Shown here: positions 49,522-63,492 of the stretch, piece by piece
Layout: every line of letters begins with the position of its first letter
Numbering within the stretch: position 1 is the first letter of the stretch
Source of the DNA: Octopus bimaculoides
Taxonomy: Eukaryota
DNA: 64,000 nucleotides
Assembly (NCBI RefSeq): GCF_001194135.2
Contig: NC_068998.1
Coordinates: forward strand, 50,941,288-51,005,287
Direction: 5' to 3'
Notes under the pieces: generated by a model
Databases searched by the model: none
What the model was told of the DNA's origin: nothing
Seen by the model: the letters and a program-made list of their open reading frames with translations, nothing else
Program-made: the position numbers and the translations under genes

Positions 49522-50466
49522 NNNNNNNNNNNNNNNNNNNNNNNNNNNNNNNNNNNNNNNNNNNNNNNNNNNNNNNNNNNNNNNNNNNNNNNNNNNNNNN
49601 NNNNNNNNNNNNNNNNNNNNNNNNNNNNNNNNNNNNNNNNNNNNNNNNNNNNNNNNNNNNNNNNNNNNNNNNNNNNNNNNNNNNNNNNNNNNNNNNNNNN
49701 NNNNNNNNNNNNNNNNNNNNNNNNNNNNNNNNNNNNNNNNNNNNNNNNNNNNNNNNNNNNNNNNNNNNNNNNNNNNNNNNNNNNNNNNNNNNNNNNNNNN
49801 NNNNNNNNNNNNNNNNNNNNNNNNNNNNNNNNNNNNNNNNNNNNNNNNNNNNNNNNNNNNNNNNNNNNNNNNNNNNNNNNNNNNNNNNNNNNNNNNNNNN
49901 NNNNNNNNNNNNNNNNNNNNNNNNNNNNNNNNNNNNNNNNNNNNNNNNNNNNNNNNNNNNNNNNNNNNNNNNNNNNNNNNNNNNNNNNNNNNNNNNNNNN
50001 NNNNNNNNNNNNNNNNNNNNNNNNNNNNNNNNNNNNNNNNNNNNNNNNNNNNNNNNNNNNNNNNNNNNNNNNNNNNNNNNNNNNNNNNNNNNNNNNNNNN
50101 NNNNNNNNNNNNNNNNNNNNNNNNNNNNNNNNNNNNNNNNNNNNNNNNNNNNNNNNNNNNNNNNNNNNNNNNNNNNNNNNNNNNNNNNNNNNNNNNNNNN
50201 NNNNNNNNNNNNNNNNNNNNNNNNNNNNNNNNNNNNNNNNNNNNNNNNNNNNNNNNNNNNNNNNNNNNNNNNNNNNNNNNNNNNNNNNNNNNNNNNNNNN
50301 NNNNNNNNNNNNNNNNNNNNNNNNNNNNNNNNNNNNNNNNNNNNNNNNNNNNNNNNNNNNNNNNNNNNNNNNNNNNNNNNNNNNNNNNNNNNNNNNNNNN
50401 NNNNNNNNNNNNNNNNNNNNNNNNNNNNNNNNNNNNNNNNNNNNNNNNNNNNNNNNNNNNNNNNNN

Positions 50467-50506
<40 letters not shown>

Positions 50507-50779
50507 TTACGCACCTGCATGTGTGCATCTATGCATCTGCATGTGCGTACATGTGTATATATATGTGCGTGCGTGCGTATTTGCACGTATGTATAAATGT
50601 ATGTAATACAAACCACCATAGTATAGTGATAGCCAGACAGTGAGCCTAAGAATCGGACAAACAGACAGACACCATTCAGCTGTATATGTTTATTAGCCAA
50701 GGTTTTATAATTAACGAGAAGCTTGCAAAGTAATTCGGTAAAGGAATTTAATTACGCGCTTATGTATCTATGTACGTCT

Positions 50780-51490
<711 letters not shown>

Positions 51491-53015
51491 TGTGTATTTC
51501 TATGCGTTCATATGGAAGTGGGTGCTCCATCATTGTATTAGCTGTTATGGCTAAAACAAGATAATGATTAACATGAACAAGGCTGTTAGCACGTTCTTCG
51601 TGATTGCCAACATATTATATGGACCGTTGCTCTCAGCAAGTCGTTGACAGATATCCCGGATTTATAATGCTGTGAGTAACCTACCGAACTGTATCAATTA
51701 CAGCATAACGGAACAACTAGATTATGCCATGACATCTCCATCCACAGAACTCACGTTTCCACTCTTATCTGCTCTTCCTGTCTCTGGCTCTCTGTCTGTG
51801 TATCACACTTTATAGTGATATATATATATAAATGGAACAAAAGCGCAATAGAGGGCATTAAAACGTTCGGACAGGTAGACGACACAAAGGCGGACAAGAG
51901 AAACAACAATTAGAAGGACGGGCAAAAAAAAACAAAACAGACGGGTCATTTTTAGCTTTCTTTCATCAGTCAAGTACCAGAAGTCACGACCATTTCGGGC
52001 AGTTACACTTGTGATGTTTCGATCTGGTTGTCCCCTCAAAAAGTCTAAACTAAGAGCATTAGACCTCTTTGTAAGAAAGCTAGCGAATGTGTTCGGCAAC
52101 AAAGGCGAAAAAAAAACAAAACAAAACAAATAAACAAACAAAAAAAAAACGGAGAACATGGTACATAATTACGAATACAAGCAACATGAAATAGCAACAG
52201 GCGTCTTTCGACTGAGAACGATTCAAATTGAGCTGGCGTGTATGGCGTGAAATCCTAAAGGCAGGAATAGGCGAAGGATTACTGTATATATGCATGTATA
52301 AGTATCTCCCTTGTCTCCCTCTCTTTTCCCTCCGATGTCTCACTCTCTGTCTCGTGCGCCATATTTTTTTTCATACCTCCCATAATCGAAGTGCTTGTTG
52401 TGTTGGTTAATTGACCTGTTATGTAATATCCGGTGTGAAACCGATTGGGAAAATTGGCGCCAAACTGCGACCCTGTCACTGACATTGTTGGTGTAACGAT
52501 GGACCTCATTACGACAAAAAGAGTCGCCGACCACGTAGCGTTGACGATGATGAGAATGGTTGTAATAATGATGAAAATGACTACAGCGAAGAAACAGTGA
52601 TGATGGCGATGGTGATGATGATGATGATGATGATGATGATGTTTATGATGAAGTTTATATATAAAAAAAAAACAAGCAACAATGTGAGTGCTGAAAGTGT
52701 CAACGATGATGGTGATGGTTGTGGTGATGGTGTTGGTAGTGGTGTTGGTGGTGGTGGCGGTGGTACTGAGGAAGCTCTATGTCTATGAAACCATTAACCT
52801 TAGATGCCATTTGAAGAATTGTGGACATACCAATTATAGATTAGATCCATTGAATCAACATCTGTTTTCGAATCAGCACAGTTGCTATGGTAACTGCTGT
52901 TAAACATTGTCTTTCTATGACTAATTATGGACGGAATGAGACTCAACGGAAACAGCCGTTTTTTACATACCTACACACCTATATACGTAGATAGATTAAC
53001 ATACAGAGGTCTGTT

Positions 53016-53087
<72 letters not shown>

Positions 53088-53277
53088 CATCTATTAGAAG
53101 GTTTGTTTGTCTGTTTGTCCGTCGGCTAATCTCAAAACGAAGCTCGAGTCACGAGACAAACTTTGCTTTTCAGCTTCAATAAAAAGGAAAAGCGCATCCT
53201 CTACATCATACATTGAGCACTCCCATCTTATTCGTCCGACATAAATAAACCATATATATATATATATNNNNNNNNNN

Positions 53278-53349
<72 letters not shown>

Positions 53350-53684
53350 GAAAGAGAGATAGGCACACACACACATGCACATACACACATACACACATGC
53401 ATGCATATATTACACTCCAGCTGTGTAATTCTTTCCCAGTGCCGTACGACTTTCCCTAACATGAATTTGCCATTGTTGCTCTTCATACTCATGTCAGCCT
53501 TGATTTAATAAACCTTTGATAAAAGACGTTCCAGCCGTGACATTCAATCTTTTCATCTTGTTTTTGTATATTAAGGATTACGTTGTCCAATGTGTCCTTC
53601 TTTTTAGTAATGAAAAGCGTGGCTTTGAAGCGTATGTCATTCCTATTTTGGATACGTCTATCTACTACGCACTGAAAGCGCGTG

Positions 53685-53962
53685 GCTCAAAGGCTAGTGT
53701 GTTGCACTCACAATGATAAAATCATAGGTGAGATCGTGAGTTCGATTCCTGGCGGCACGTTACATCCTTGAGTAAGACATTTTGCTTTACGAGGTTCCAA
53801 TCCAGTCAGCTGGCAAAAATGAGTTGTACCTGTATTTCAAAGAGCCAGCTTTGTCACATTCTGTGCCACACTGAATCTCTTTGAGAACTACGTTAAAGGT
53901 ACGCGAGTCTGTGGAGTGGTTAACCACGAGCAGGTTGTTCCGGTGATCAAATCACCTGGAAC
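53685..53962 (+). mobile_element. SINE family C
   Basis: gtgagttcgattcctgg (B box), ccttgagtaagacatttt, gagaactacgttaaaggtacg; paralogous to 13655. Confidence 0.85.
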
Positions 53963-54865
53963 CGGAAATGAGCTCCAGTAATATCAAACCGGTGTCCCAT
54001 TAATAGTAGAATGTTGTAATATCAGAGAAATATACGCCACGAAAACTAGATTAAGTTCTCGCCTTATGAGTCTTTGTGCTCATAACACATCTAAATGTAA
54101 GCTACCGCGTAAAGATATATTTACGCGTGTTTCATTTGGCTTGCTTGCTGGTGTTGGAGCTAATGTATATCGTATTTTCTCATAATTACTAAAAGAAGTG
54201 ACTGTAATATCAGTTCCAAGACGGCATGTGTTTAAATTAACAATCACCCTACTTTTTTCTGAATCATTGTGTATTTATTATATTTAAAGGCATATCTTTG
54301 CAATTTGTTCCAAACGATCCGCTTATAACAATTGCCTTCGAGAATAATCGATCAGGAACCGCTGTAAAAGTAAGCAAATGACTTCTTCCATATATCTAGA
54401 TAATAAAACACTTTAAAATTACTTTAGCAAAGATCCTATTTCATCTATTCTTTTTTAAAACGAAGAAACGAAATTATAAGGCAACCAAATAAAAACACAC
54501 CGGAACAAAGAAATAAGTAATTAAAAAGTAAGGAAAACGAAAGGTATTTCATCAAATGACATATTTATGTGGTAATAAAAGGGAGGTGGTGATATTTTAT
54601 TGTAAATGTATGGTTTCCTCGACTCAATATGGAGGCTGAGAAAGAATACTTGAAAGGGCTCGTGGAGCAGACGATAAATTTATCGTAAAACAGACGATAA
54701 TTTATCGGCAGAACATTTTTGGAATACGATATATTTGAAGGTAATAGAAAATGTTTTATGCAGACTGTTTATATCTCCTTATCATTATGTGGATTTAGCA
54801 CTTGGTGGTTTCCTATCTCTCTCTCTCTCTCTCCTCCCTCTCTCCCTTTTACTGTATGTATGCAA

Positions 54866-54897
<32 letters not shown>

Positions 54898-55915
54898 NNN
54901 NNNNNNNNNNNNNNNNNNNNNNNNNNNNNNNNNNNNNNNNNNNNNNNNNNNNNNNNNNNNNNNNNNNNNNNNNNNNNNNNNNNNNNNNNNNNNNNNNNNN
55001 NNNNNNNNNNNNNNNNNNNNNNNNNNNNNNNNNNNNNNNNNNNNNNNNNNNNNNNNNNNNNNNNNNNNNNNNNNNNNNNNNNNNNNNNNNNNNNNNNNNN
55101 NNNNNNNNNNNNNNNNNNNNNNNNNNNNNNNNNNNNNNNNNNNNNNNNNNNNNNNNNNNNNNNNNNNNNNNNNNNNNNNNNNNNNNNNNNNNNNNNNNNN
55201 NNNNNNNNNNNNNNNNNNNNNNNNNNNNNNNNNNNNNNNNNNNNNNNNNNNNNNNNNNNNNNNNNNNNNNNNNNNNNNNNNNNNNNNNNNNNNNNNNNNN
55301 NNNNNNNNNNNNNNNNNNNNNNNNNNNNNNNNNNNNNNNNNNNNNNNNNNNNNNNNNNNNNNNNNNNNNNNNNNNNNNNNNNNNNNNNNNNNNNNNNNNN
55401 NNNNNNNNNNNNNNNNNNNNNNNNNNNNNNNNNNNNNNNNNNNNNNNNNNNNNNNNNNNNNNNNNNNNNNNNNNNNNNNNNNNNNNNNNNNNNNNNNNNN
55501 NNNNNNNNNNNNNNNNNNNNNNNNNNNNNNNNNNNNNNNNNNNNNNNNNNNNNNNNNNNNNNNNNNNNNNNNNNNNNNNNNNNNNNNNNNNNNNNNNNNN
55601 NNNNNNNNNNNNNNNNNNNNNNNNNNNNNNNNNNNNNNNNNNNNNNNNNNNNNNNNNNNNNNNNNNNNNNNNNNNNNNNNNNNNNNNNNNNNNNNNNNNN
55701 NNNNNNNNNNNNNNNNNNNNNNNNNNNNNNNNNNNNNNNNNNNNNNNNNNNNNNNNNNNNNNNNNNNNNNNNNNNNNNNNNNNNNNNNNNNNNNNNNNNN
55801 NNNNNNNNNNNNNNNNNNNNNNNNNNNNNNNNNNNNNNNNNNNNNNNNNNNNNNNNNNNNNNNNNNNNNNNNNNNNNNNNNNNNNNNNNNNNNNATATAT
55901 ATGTATATATATATG

Positions 55916-55948
<33 letters not shown>

Positions 55949-56171
55949 ATATATGCGTGTGTATGTGTTAGCGTTTGTGTGAGTGTAAGTATTAATATAT
56001 ATCTCTGTCTCTACGTATCTCTCTCTATCTGTCTATGTATGTATGTATGCATATGTATGTATGTGTATGTGTATCTATATATGCATGGACGTATATGTGT
56101 ATGTATATATGTATGTGTGCATATATATATGTATATATATGCATACACAAACACACACACATATATTATAT

Positions 56172-56203
<32 letters not shown>

Positions 56204-56826
56204 GTATTACATATGTACATGCATATGGACGTATGATTAACAGTGCACACATACGCACCCACACACATACATACACACACGCATACATACTCACACATAT
56301 ACACATATATACATTTATACATATATGTGCATGTACGTGTGTGCATATGGTTATACACACACACACGTCATAGCACGACATTTACAAGGAGACCATATTG
56401 GTTTCTGTCAATAAGATTAACCCTCCTCCACCACGAAAGAAAACTCCCTCCTCCCTCCGTTACTGATATAACAGATACGCTTTAGAAGTAAACTAATATT
56501 TTCTTTTTTTCTTGTTTTTGTGATGGAATAATAAAACGTTATTCGCTGATCTCAGTTTTGTAGTATTTGTAAGAAAACACAAGACCAGGGTTAATGCCAA
56601 GATTTATGTCTGTGGCTTTCTTGGTTACTTCACGACCTGAGGCCTAAACGGATTTTATTACTTCAGCTTGTTTAGCTAATTACGACAATATCATAAACAA
56701 CAGTCTTACATATCTAATTGCTGGTATTTGGATTTCTTTCTTCCCATATTGTTTGTTTGTTTGTTTGTTTCTTTCTTTGTTTCTTTCGTCTTCTACAAAA
56801 CTTGCCACAGCTACTCCCATCATCAT

Positions 56827-56885
<59 letters not shown>

Positions 56886-57075
56886 GACCAGCAGATTTGA
56901 GGGGAGGGATCTCGTCGATGCCATCGATCATAGTACCAAACTGGTACTTTATTTCATCAACACCCGAGGGATGGAAAGCAACATGAATCTCACTAGTGTT
57001 AGAACTCAGAACATCGAGATCCGCAAAAAATGTGACGAGGTGTTTTGTCCGACGCGCAAACGATTCTACCAAGCT
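56886..57075 (-). mobile_element. SINE family A, degenerate
   Basis: tttgaggggaggg...aactggtacttatttcatc...gaactcagaac...aacgattctaccaagct. Confidence 0.75.
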
Positions 57076-57529
57076 ACTACTCTAACATAGGCACAAGGCA
57101 TGCCATTTGTAGAGAAGGTTTGTTTTCGAAATCATCGATACTCTACAAGTTATTTCATGCTTACGATATCTTAAAAGAACGAAATAGTGTAGACAGTACT
57201 TGTCAGCACAATTTTGGAGATTTCTCTGAGACATGGTTCTCCTGGGATATTATCTAGATGTTTCTGACATCATTATTTTTCATACCTACGACTCATAAAA
57301 GAACAGGAACAGTTCTCGCTTTAAGATGCCACATCTTTTGTATTTCAATTTCCAGGTCATTATATTTAATTATATTAATTATATTAATCTGTCAGATTCC
57401 TACACAGATATATTTTCATCAATGGGAACATTTATATCTATTTGTCTACAAGTATTTTCTTCCCGTATTTAATAAATATATTTGGTCGATTAACCTGGAT
57501 CGTTCTATCAGTGTTGACTGGAAAATCAT

Positions 57530-57822
57530 CCTCTTCTTCTTCTTCTTCTTCTTCTTCTTCTTCTTCTTCTTCTTTTTCTTCTTCTTCTTCTTCTTCTTCT
57601 TCTTCTTCTTCTTCTTCTTTTTCTTCTTCTTCTTCTTCTTCTTCTTCTTCTTCTTCTTCCTCCTCTTCTTCTTCTTCTTCTTCTTCTTCTTCTTCTTTTT
57701 CTTCTTCTTCTTTTTCTTCTTCTTCTTCTTCTTCTTCTTCTTCTTCTTCCTCCTATTCATCTTCTTCTTCTTCTTCTTCTTCTTCTTCTTCTTCTTCTTC
57801 TTCTTCTTCTTCTTCTTCTTCC
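57530..57822. repeat. Long (TTC)n tract
   Basis: About 290 bp of near-pure TTC with rare TTT/TCC interruptions. Confidence 0.97.
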
Positions 57823-58480
57823 ATTTCCAATTTCCTCTCACTTTCGCCTTCCACCGTTTTCTATTTCTTCCTTATATTCTTCACCGTCTTACACTTTTCA
57901 TTCATTCCTCCTCTCCCCCCTCCCCTCTTCCCCTCTCACTCTCTTCCCCTTTCCCCTCCCCCTCTCTCTGCCTCTTCCTATATCCTTACCCACTCCACCC
58001 ATGTCCCACTTCTGTATCTCTCCTCTAAATGCCCTTTCTTATCATCTCAATTTATCGAACTTCCTTGCTATCCTTTACGCTCCACCACCAACTTATTCTC
58101 CCTTTAGGTTCTTCTCCTTCGCACCCCAACCCATCCACCTATTCATTTCTTTCTCTCTCTTTCTCTCTCTTTCTTTCTTTCTACCCCCCTTCTCTATCTT
58201 GCCTGTTCTATGTGTACTTCAACCAGTAAGAGGCTCAAAAGTAACTAGATCAAACTCGGTCTTATCTGGTTCTGCAGCAGCAAGATAAAACCGGGGTCAA
58301 CCAGCCCCACTGCTTGTGGTTATCTGCTGAATAAATACCACAAATGCTGCTTGCATTTAACTTATTGATCTCTCTTTAAAGGTCGTACAGATTCTCAATG
58401 GTTTCACATTTTACATAAATATGAAACGGTGCGCTTGATTCCTATCACCATAACAACCAATTAAGACATACTGGCACAAA

Positions 58481-58686
58481 ATTTTGGCACAAAGCCAGCA
58501 ATTTTAGAGAAAGAGAAGTCAATTACATCGACGCCAGTGTTCAACTCAACTGGTACTTATTTTATCGATCCGAAGAGGATGAATGGCAAAGTCAAGCACT
58601 GGAAATTTGAACTCGGATCGTAAAGACGTACGAAATGCCGCTAAGCATTTTGTTCAGCGTGCTAGCGATTCTGCCAACTCGCGGCC
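58481..58686 (-). mobile_element. SINE family A
   Basis: ttttggcacaaagccagc...aactggtacttattttatcgatccg...tttgaactcgg...cgattctgccaactcgcggcc. Confidence 0.88.
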
Positions 58687-58687
58687 C

Positions 58688-58802
58688 TGATGATGATGAC
58701 GTTGATGATGATGATGATGATGACGACGACGACGATGATGATGATGACGATGATGATGATGATGACGACGACGATGATGATGATGACGATGATGATGTTG
58801 AC

Positions 58803-58846
<44 letters not shown>

Positions 58847-58896
58847 CGATGATGATGATGACGGCGACGATTACGATGATGAGAATAATGATGATA

Positions 58897-58933
<37 letters not shown>

Positions 58934-58958
58934 CGATGATGATGATGACGATGACGAC
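58688..58958. repeat. (GAT/GAC)n tract
   Basis: Direct reading; a second tract lies at about 59380-59452. Confidence 0.95.
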
Positions 58959-60362
58959 GGCAACATTATTTACTGTAAGTAATATAATTAAAGTTGCTGT
59001 AGGATAATTAGGAAATTTGATATTGAATCTGTTGACTATCCTATCGAATTGTCAGCACAACTACACACTCATACTGACAATCTGATGCACACACATGCAC
59101 ACACATGCACACACATGCACACACAATCGGAAAGACACTCTCACACACATACTACACATACACAAACACATATGACACACAGGCTCTGATTAAATGAACC
59201 AATTTACCGTTTAAACCAAAAGTAAACTTCATACATGCATACATATATACATATTTACACACACACACACACACATCGGTGTTATTTGAAATCAAATAAA
59301 CCCGCCATGCATCCAAGACTCTAGGAGCTCCAACAAAACCTGTCAGAAAGAGAAAAAAAGAAAAAAAACATAAGAGAGGACGATGATGAGGGTGATGATG
59401 ATGATGATGATGATGATAATGATGATGATGATGATGATGATGACGATGATGTTTTTGAATATTTTCGCTGCTTTGGTTGTTGAGGGAGATGGAAGTTGAA
59501 GTGATATTTATTTATTCATTTAATATCAGTTACTGGGTTAAATTGGCTTAAATTGCTAAACTGAGTATTCGATAGCAACGGAATAAGCATTCCTATTCGT
59601 ATAAACGGTTCAAGACCTACATATGAAAAACTATAATGTTCAGCACATGCTGACGTAACCTAGAATTTTGCGTTTCTATATATATGTATANNNNNNNNNN
59701 NNNNNNNNNNNNNNNNNNNNNNNNNNNNNNNNNNNNNNNNNNNNNNNNNNNNNNNNNNNNNNNNNNNNNNNNNNNNNNNNNNNNNNNNNNNNNNNNNNNN
59801 NNNNNNNNNNNNNNNNNNNNNNNNNNNNNNNNNNNNNNNNNNNNNNNNNNNNNNNNNNNNNNNNNNNNNNNNNNNNNNNNNNNNNNNNNNNNNNNNNNNN
59901 NNNNNNNNNNNNNNNNNNNNNNNNNNNNNNNNNNNNNNNNNNNNNNNNNNNNNNNNNNNNNNNNNNNNNNNNNNNNNNNNNNNNNNNNNNNNNNNNNNNN
60001 NNNNNNNNNNNNNNNNNNNNNNNNNNNNNNNNNNNNNNNNNNNNNNNNNNNNNNNNNNNNNNNNNNNNNNNNNNNNNNNNNNNNNNNNNNNNNNNNNNNN
60101 NNNNNNNNNNNNNNNNNNNNNNNNNNNNNNNNNNNNNNNNNNNNNNNNNNNNNNNNNNNNNNNNNNNNNNNNNNNNNNNNNNNNNNNNNNNNNNNNNNNN
60201 NNNNNNNNNNNNNNNNNNNNNNNNNNNNNNNNNNNNNNNNNNNNNNNNNNNNNNNNNNNNNNNNNNNNNNNNNNNNNNNNNNNNNNNNNNNNNNNNNNNN
60301 NNNNNNNNNNNNNNNNNNNNNNNNNNNNNNNNNNNNNNNNNNNNNNNNNNNNNNNNNNNNNN

Positions 60363-60436
<74 letters not shown>

Positions 60437-60509
60437 GGTATAAGTATATATGCATACATACATGTATATACATAACCAAAGACACTTTTGTTCACCAAAT
60501 GTGATATGA

Positions 60510-60540
<31 letters not shown>

Positions 60541-60541
60541 T

Positions 60542-60588
<47 letters not shown>
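60510..60588. repeat. (ACT)n microsatellite
   Basis: Direct reading; a similar tract lies at 56826-56884. Confidence 0.95.
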
Positions 60589-61083
60589 TATGCATGATAT
60601 TAGACGTGTCCGGCTTCGCGTTTTACGTGCGCTTGTTTTCTTTTCAGCCTATCTCTCCGTTCTCACAATTCCGTACTCTACTCCATTTGTGGTTATCTTC
60701 ATGTTACATAATAGAATATTTGTTTCACCATGGCGTTCTGAAAATAGACGTCTTCATAAATACAATAGCATATTATTATATACATATATATATTAAAAAA
60801 AGAAATCTGGCTTCTAGGTACGAGGGTAGAAAGTATTATTATGTATTTAATCATTTGAACTCTGCGACAAGATAAGACTTCCATTTTAAAATTGAGGCTC
60901 AACGGGTACCAGGGTTTGTTTAAGAATTATGTTACGCAATAATTTGGTTCTGTGTTCGATCTGACATCAAGAAACTTTTGTTTGGCTGACCAAAGCATTG
61001 ATAGTAGCTTAAAGAGATAAGAGAAGAATTGCTCCTATTCTAGGATGATGGACGCATTGTCGTGATAAACACCGCTACTTCAT

Positions 61084-61336
61084 AGTAAAGATTGTTTGCC
61101 AACAAAACATGGCAGTCCTGGTTTAGGACGAATGTTGCTGTAATTTAGCCCTAGCTGGCTATACGACACGACCTGTATCCTTATATTTTCGAACAAGGGA
61201 ATCTTGGAAACAAGGGAATATAAGGACACAGATCGTGTCGTATAGCCAGCTGGAGACGATGTCTCCTGGGTATAAATTACAGCAACATTCGTCCTAAACT
61301 AGGACTGCCATGTCATGTTGGCAAACAATCTTTACT
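61084..61336. mobile_element. 253-bp palindromic (fold-back) MITE
   Basis: Outer arms 61084-61147/61273-61336 match 61/64; inner arms 61153-61187/61217-61251 match 33/35. A second family member lies at 31059. Confidence 0.85.
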
Positions 61337-61480
61337 CCAAAGTACTGTTGCTGAATATCTCTCGTTGTGAGATTTAAAAATAGTAATTTTCTAACTGCTA
61401 TTTTATGTTACTGAATGTCTTTAGCGGAGTCCATTCCGTTGCTAACTTTCCATCTAGTCTTCTCAATTTTCTGTCTCGCT

Positions 61481-61550
61481 TTGTCTCTCTTTGTCTCTCT
61501 TTGTCTCTCTTTGTCTCTCTTTGTCTCTCTTTGTCTCTCTTTGTCTCTCT
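61481..61550. repeat. 10-bp minisatellite (TTGTCTCTCT) x7
   Basis: Seven perfect units read directly. Confidence 0.95.
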
Positions 61551-62304
61551 CTCTCTCTCTCTCTGTATATATATATATATATATATATGAACGATAATGT
61601 AAGGAACGAAAAATTCACACACAAGACATCGTCGGTTATTGTCCAAAACACCGTTTAACTATGATATTGTTAATGTTTGATGGCGCCATCAGCAAGAAGC
61701 TGGTGGGAATAAGGGCCGAATGTTAAGGGCAGTAACGAAAACAAACACGAGACAGGTTGTGGATGCGAATGCAAATGTAAATATCGAAACAAAATAAATA
61801 CCAAATATATAAAATATACAGAATTCGCTGGACTGTCAGGCTGCTGTAGTAAAAGACACTTGCCCGATGTTCTGCGCTGTGGGACTGAACCCAAAGCACT
61901 CACTCACACATGTGAATTCCTTTCAATATTGCAAGGTGAAAAGACAAAAAACAAAAACTAAAAAAAAAAAACATTGATTCAGTCGAGAATCTATTTTTAC
62001 AACAATCATTCTCTTCAATCCTGATAAGAATAATACATAAAATAAAAAAAATAATAATAAAATAGTAAAAACAAAAATTAAAAGGAAAAAACAACAGCAA
62101 CAACAACATAATGTTCGCCGTTAACTGCTTGTTTTGTGAACCGGAAACGGAAGTAAAAAGAAAAATAACTTCACCGATTACACAATAGAGACATTAAGAA
62201 AACAATCTCACTTTCTTTTCTGACCATCTGGGTAAATATAACGGGTGGAATACAATAAGAAGTTGTTAATTACAGACATGGACTCAGTTAATCCTTGTAG
62301 CAAC

Positions 62305-62336
<32 letters not shown>

Positions 62337-62582
62337 CAGTAGTAGTAGTTGTTGTTGTGGTGGTGGTGGTGGTAGTTTGATTGTTATTGCTTTTATTCTT
62401 AGGACTCTTGTTGCGTTTTGTTGTTGCCGTTCTTGTTATTTTTTGTTGTTGTTGTTGCTGTTGCAGTTGTGGCGGCAGTTGTAGTGCTGTGGTCATTGTG
62501 GTCGCTGTTGTACTTGCCGCAGTTGTTGCTGTTGTTGTTGTTGTTGTTGTGGCTTTTGCTGTTGCACGTAATATTATTGGGC

Positions 62583-62780
62583 GCGCTGGCAGAATCGGTA
62601 ACACGCCGGATAAAATGCTTGGCAGTATTTCTTCCGGGTTTAGCTTCTGCGTTCAAATTCTGCAGAGTTCGACTTTGCCTTTCATCCTTTCAGGGGTTGA
62701 TAAAATAAGTGCCAGTTGAACAATGAGGTCGATAAAATCAACTTCCCCCCTCCCCACGAAATTTCTGGCCTGGTACCAAA
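62583..62780 (+). mobile_element. SINE family A
   Basis: gctggcagaatcggtaacacgccgg...gcgttcaaattctgcagagttcgactttgcctttcatcctttcagggg. Confidence 0.88.
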
Positions 62781-63411
62781 ATTTGAAATCATCATCATCA
62801 TCATTATCATCATCATCATCATCTCCATCATCATCATTGAATGAGAGTGGAGCGCATGCCGTCAAAGTGACACCGAGGTACAGATCTACGAAGCCCCATA
62901 TACCCGTCATGACTACCCGTCTGAAAAGGCTACACCAGGCAAAGACACACACAAAGACACACACATAGATGCATACATGTATATAAACATATATGACAGG
63001 CTTCTTTCGGTTTCCGTCTATCAAAACTGATACAAATAAAATATGAAAGACAAATATTGATCTACTGAGTCAGGTTTGAGCCGGAAATCAATATCCTCAA
63101 CAGCAACAACAACAACTGGACCAATGGTAATTACAGCAGTAGGATGCTTCCATACTTAACATTGTCGTATTGTCATTCAAGTATACTGAAAGCCTTGCAC
63201 ATTCTTATTTCTACAATGTGCTTGTAAATTATTCATTATCATTGATCAGAAGTACATACTGGCAGACTTTATAGTATGTGCGTGTGTCGGTGCGTGTGTA
63301 AATGTATGATGCGCATGCGACGCCTGTGTGTATTTATGTATATGTGTATGTATGTACATAACACATATGTATTATGTGTAATATATGTATATAATTATAT
63401 GCATGTGCGTG

Positions 63412-63492
<81 letters not shown>

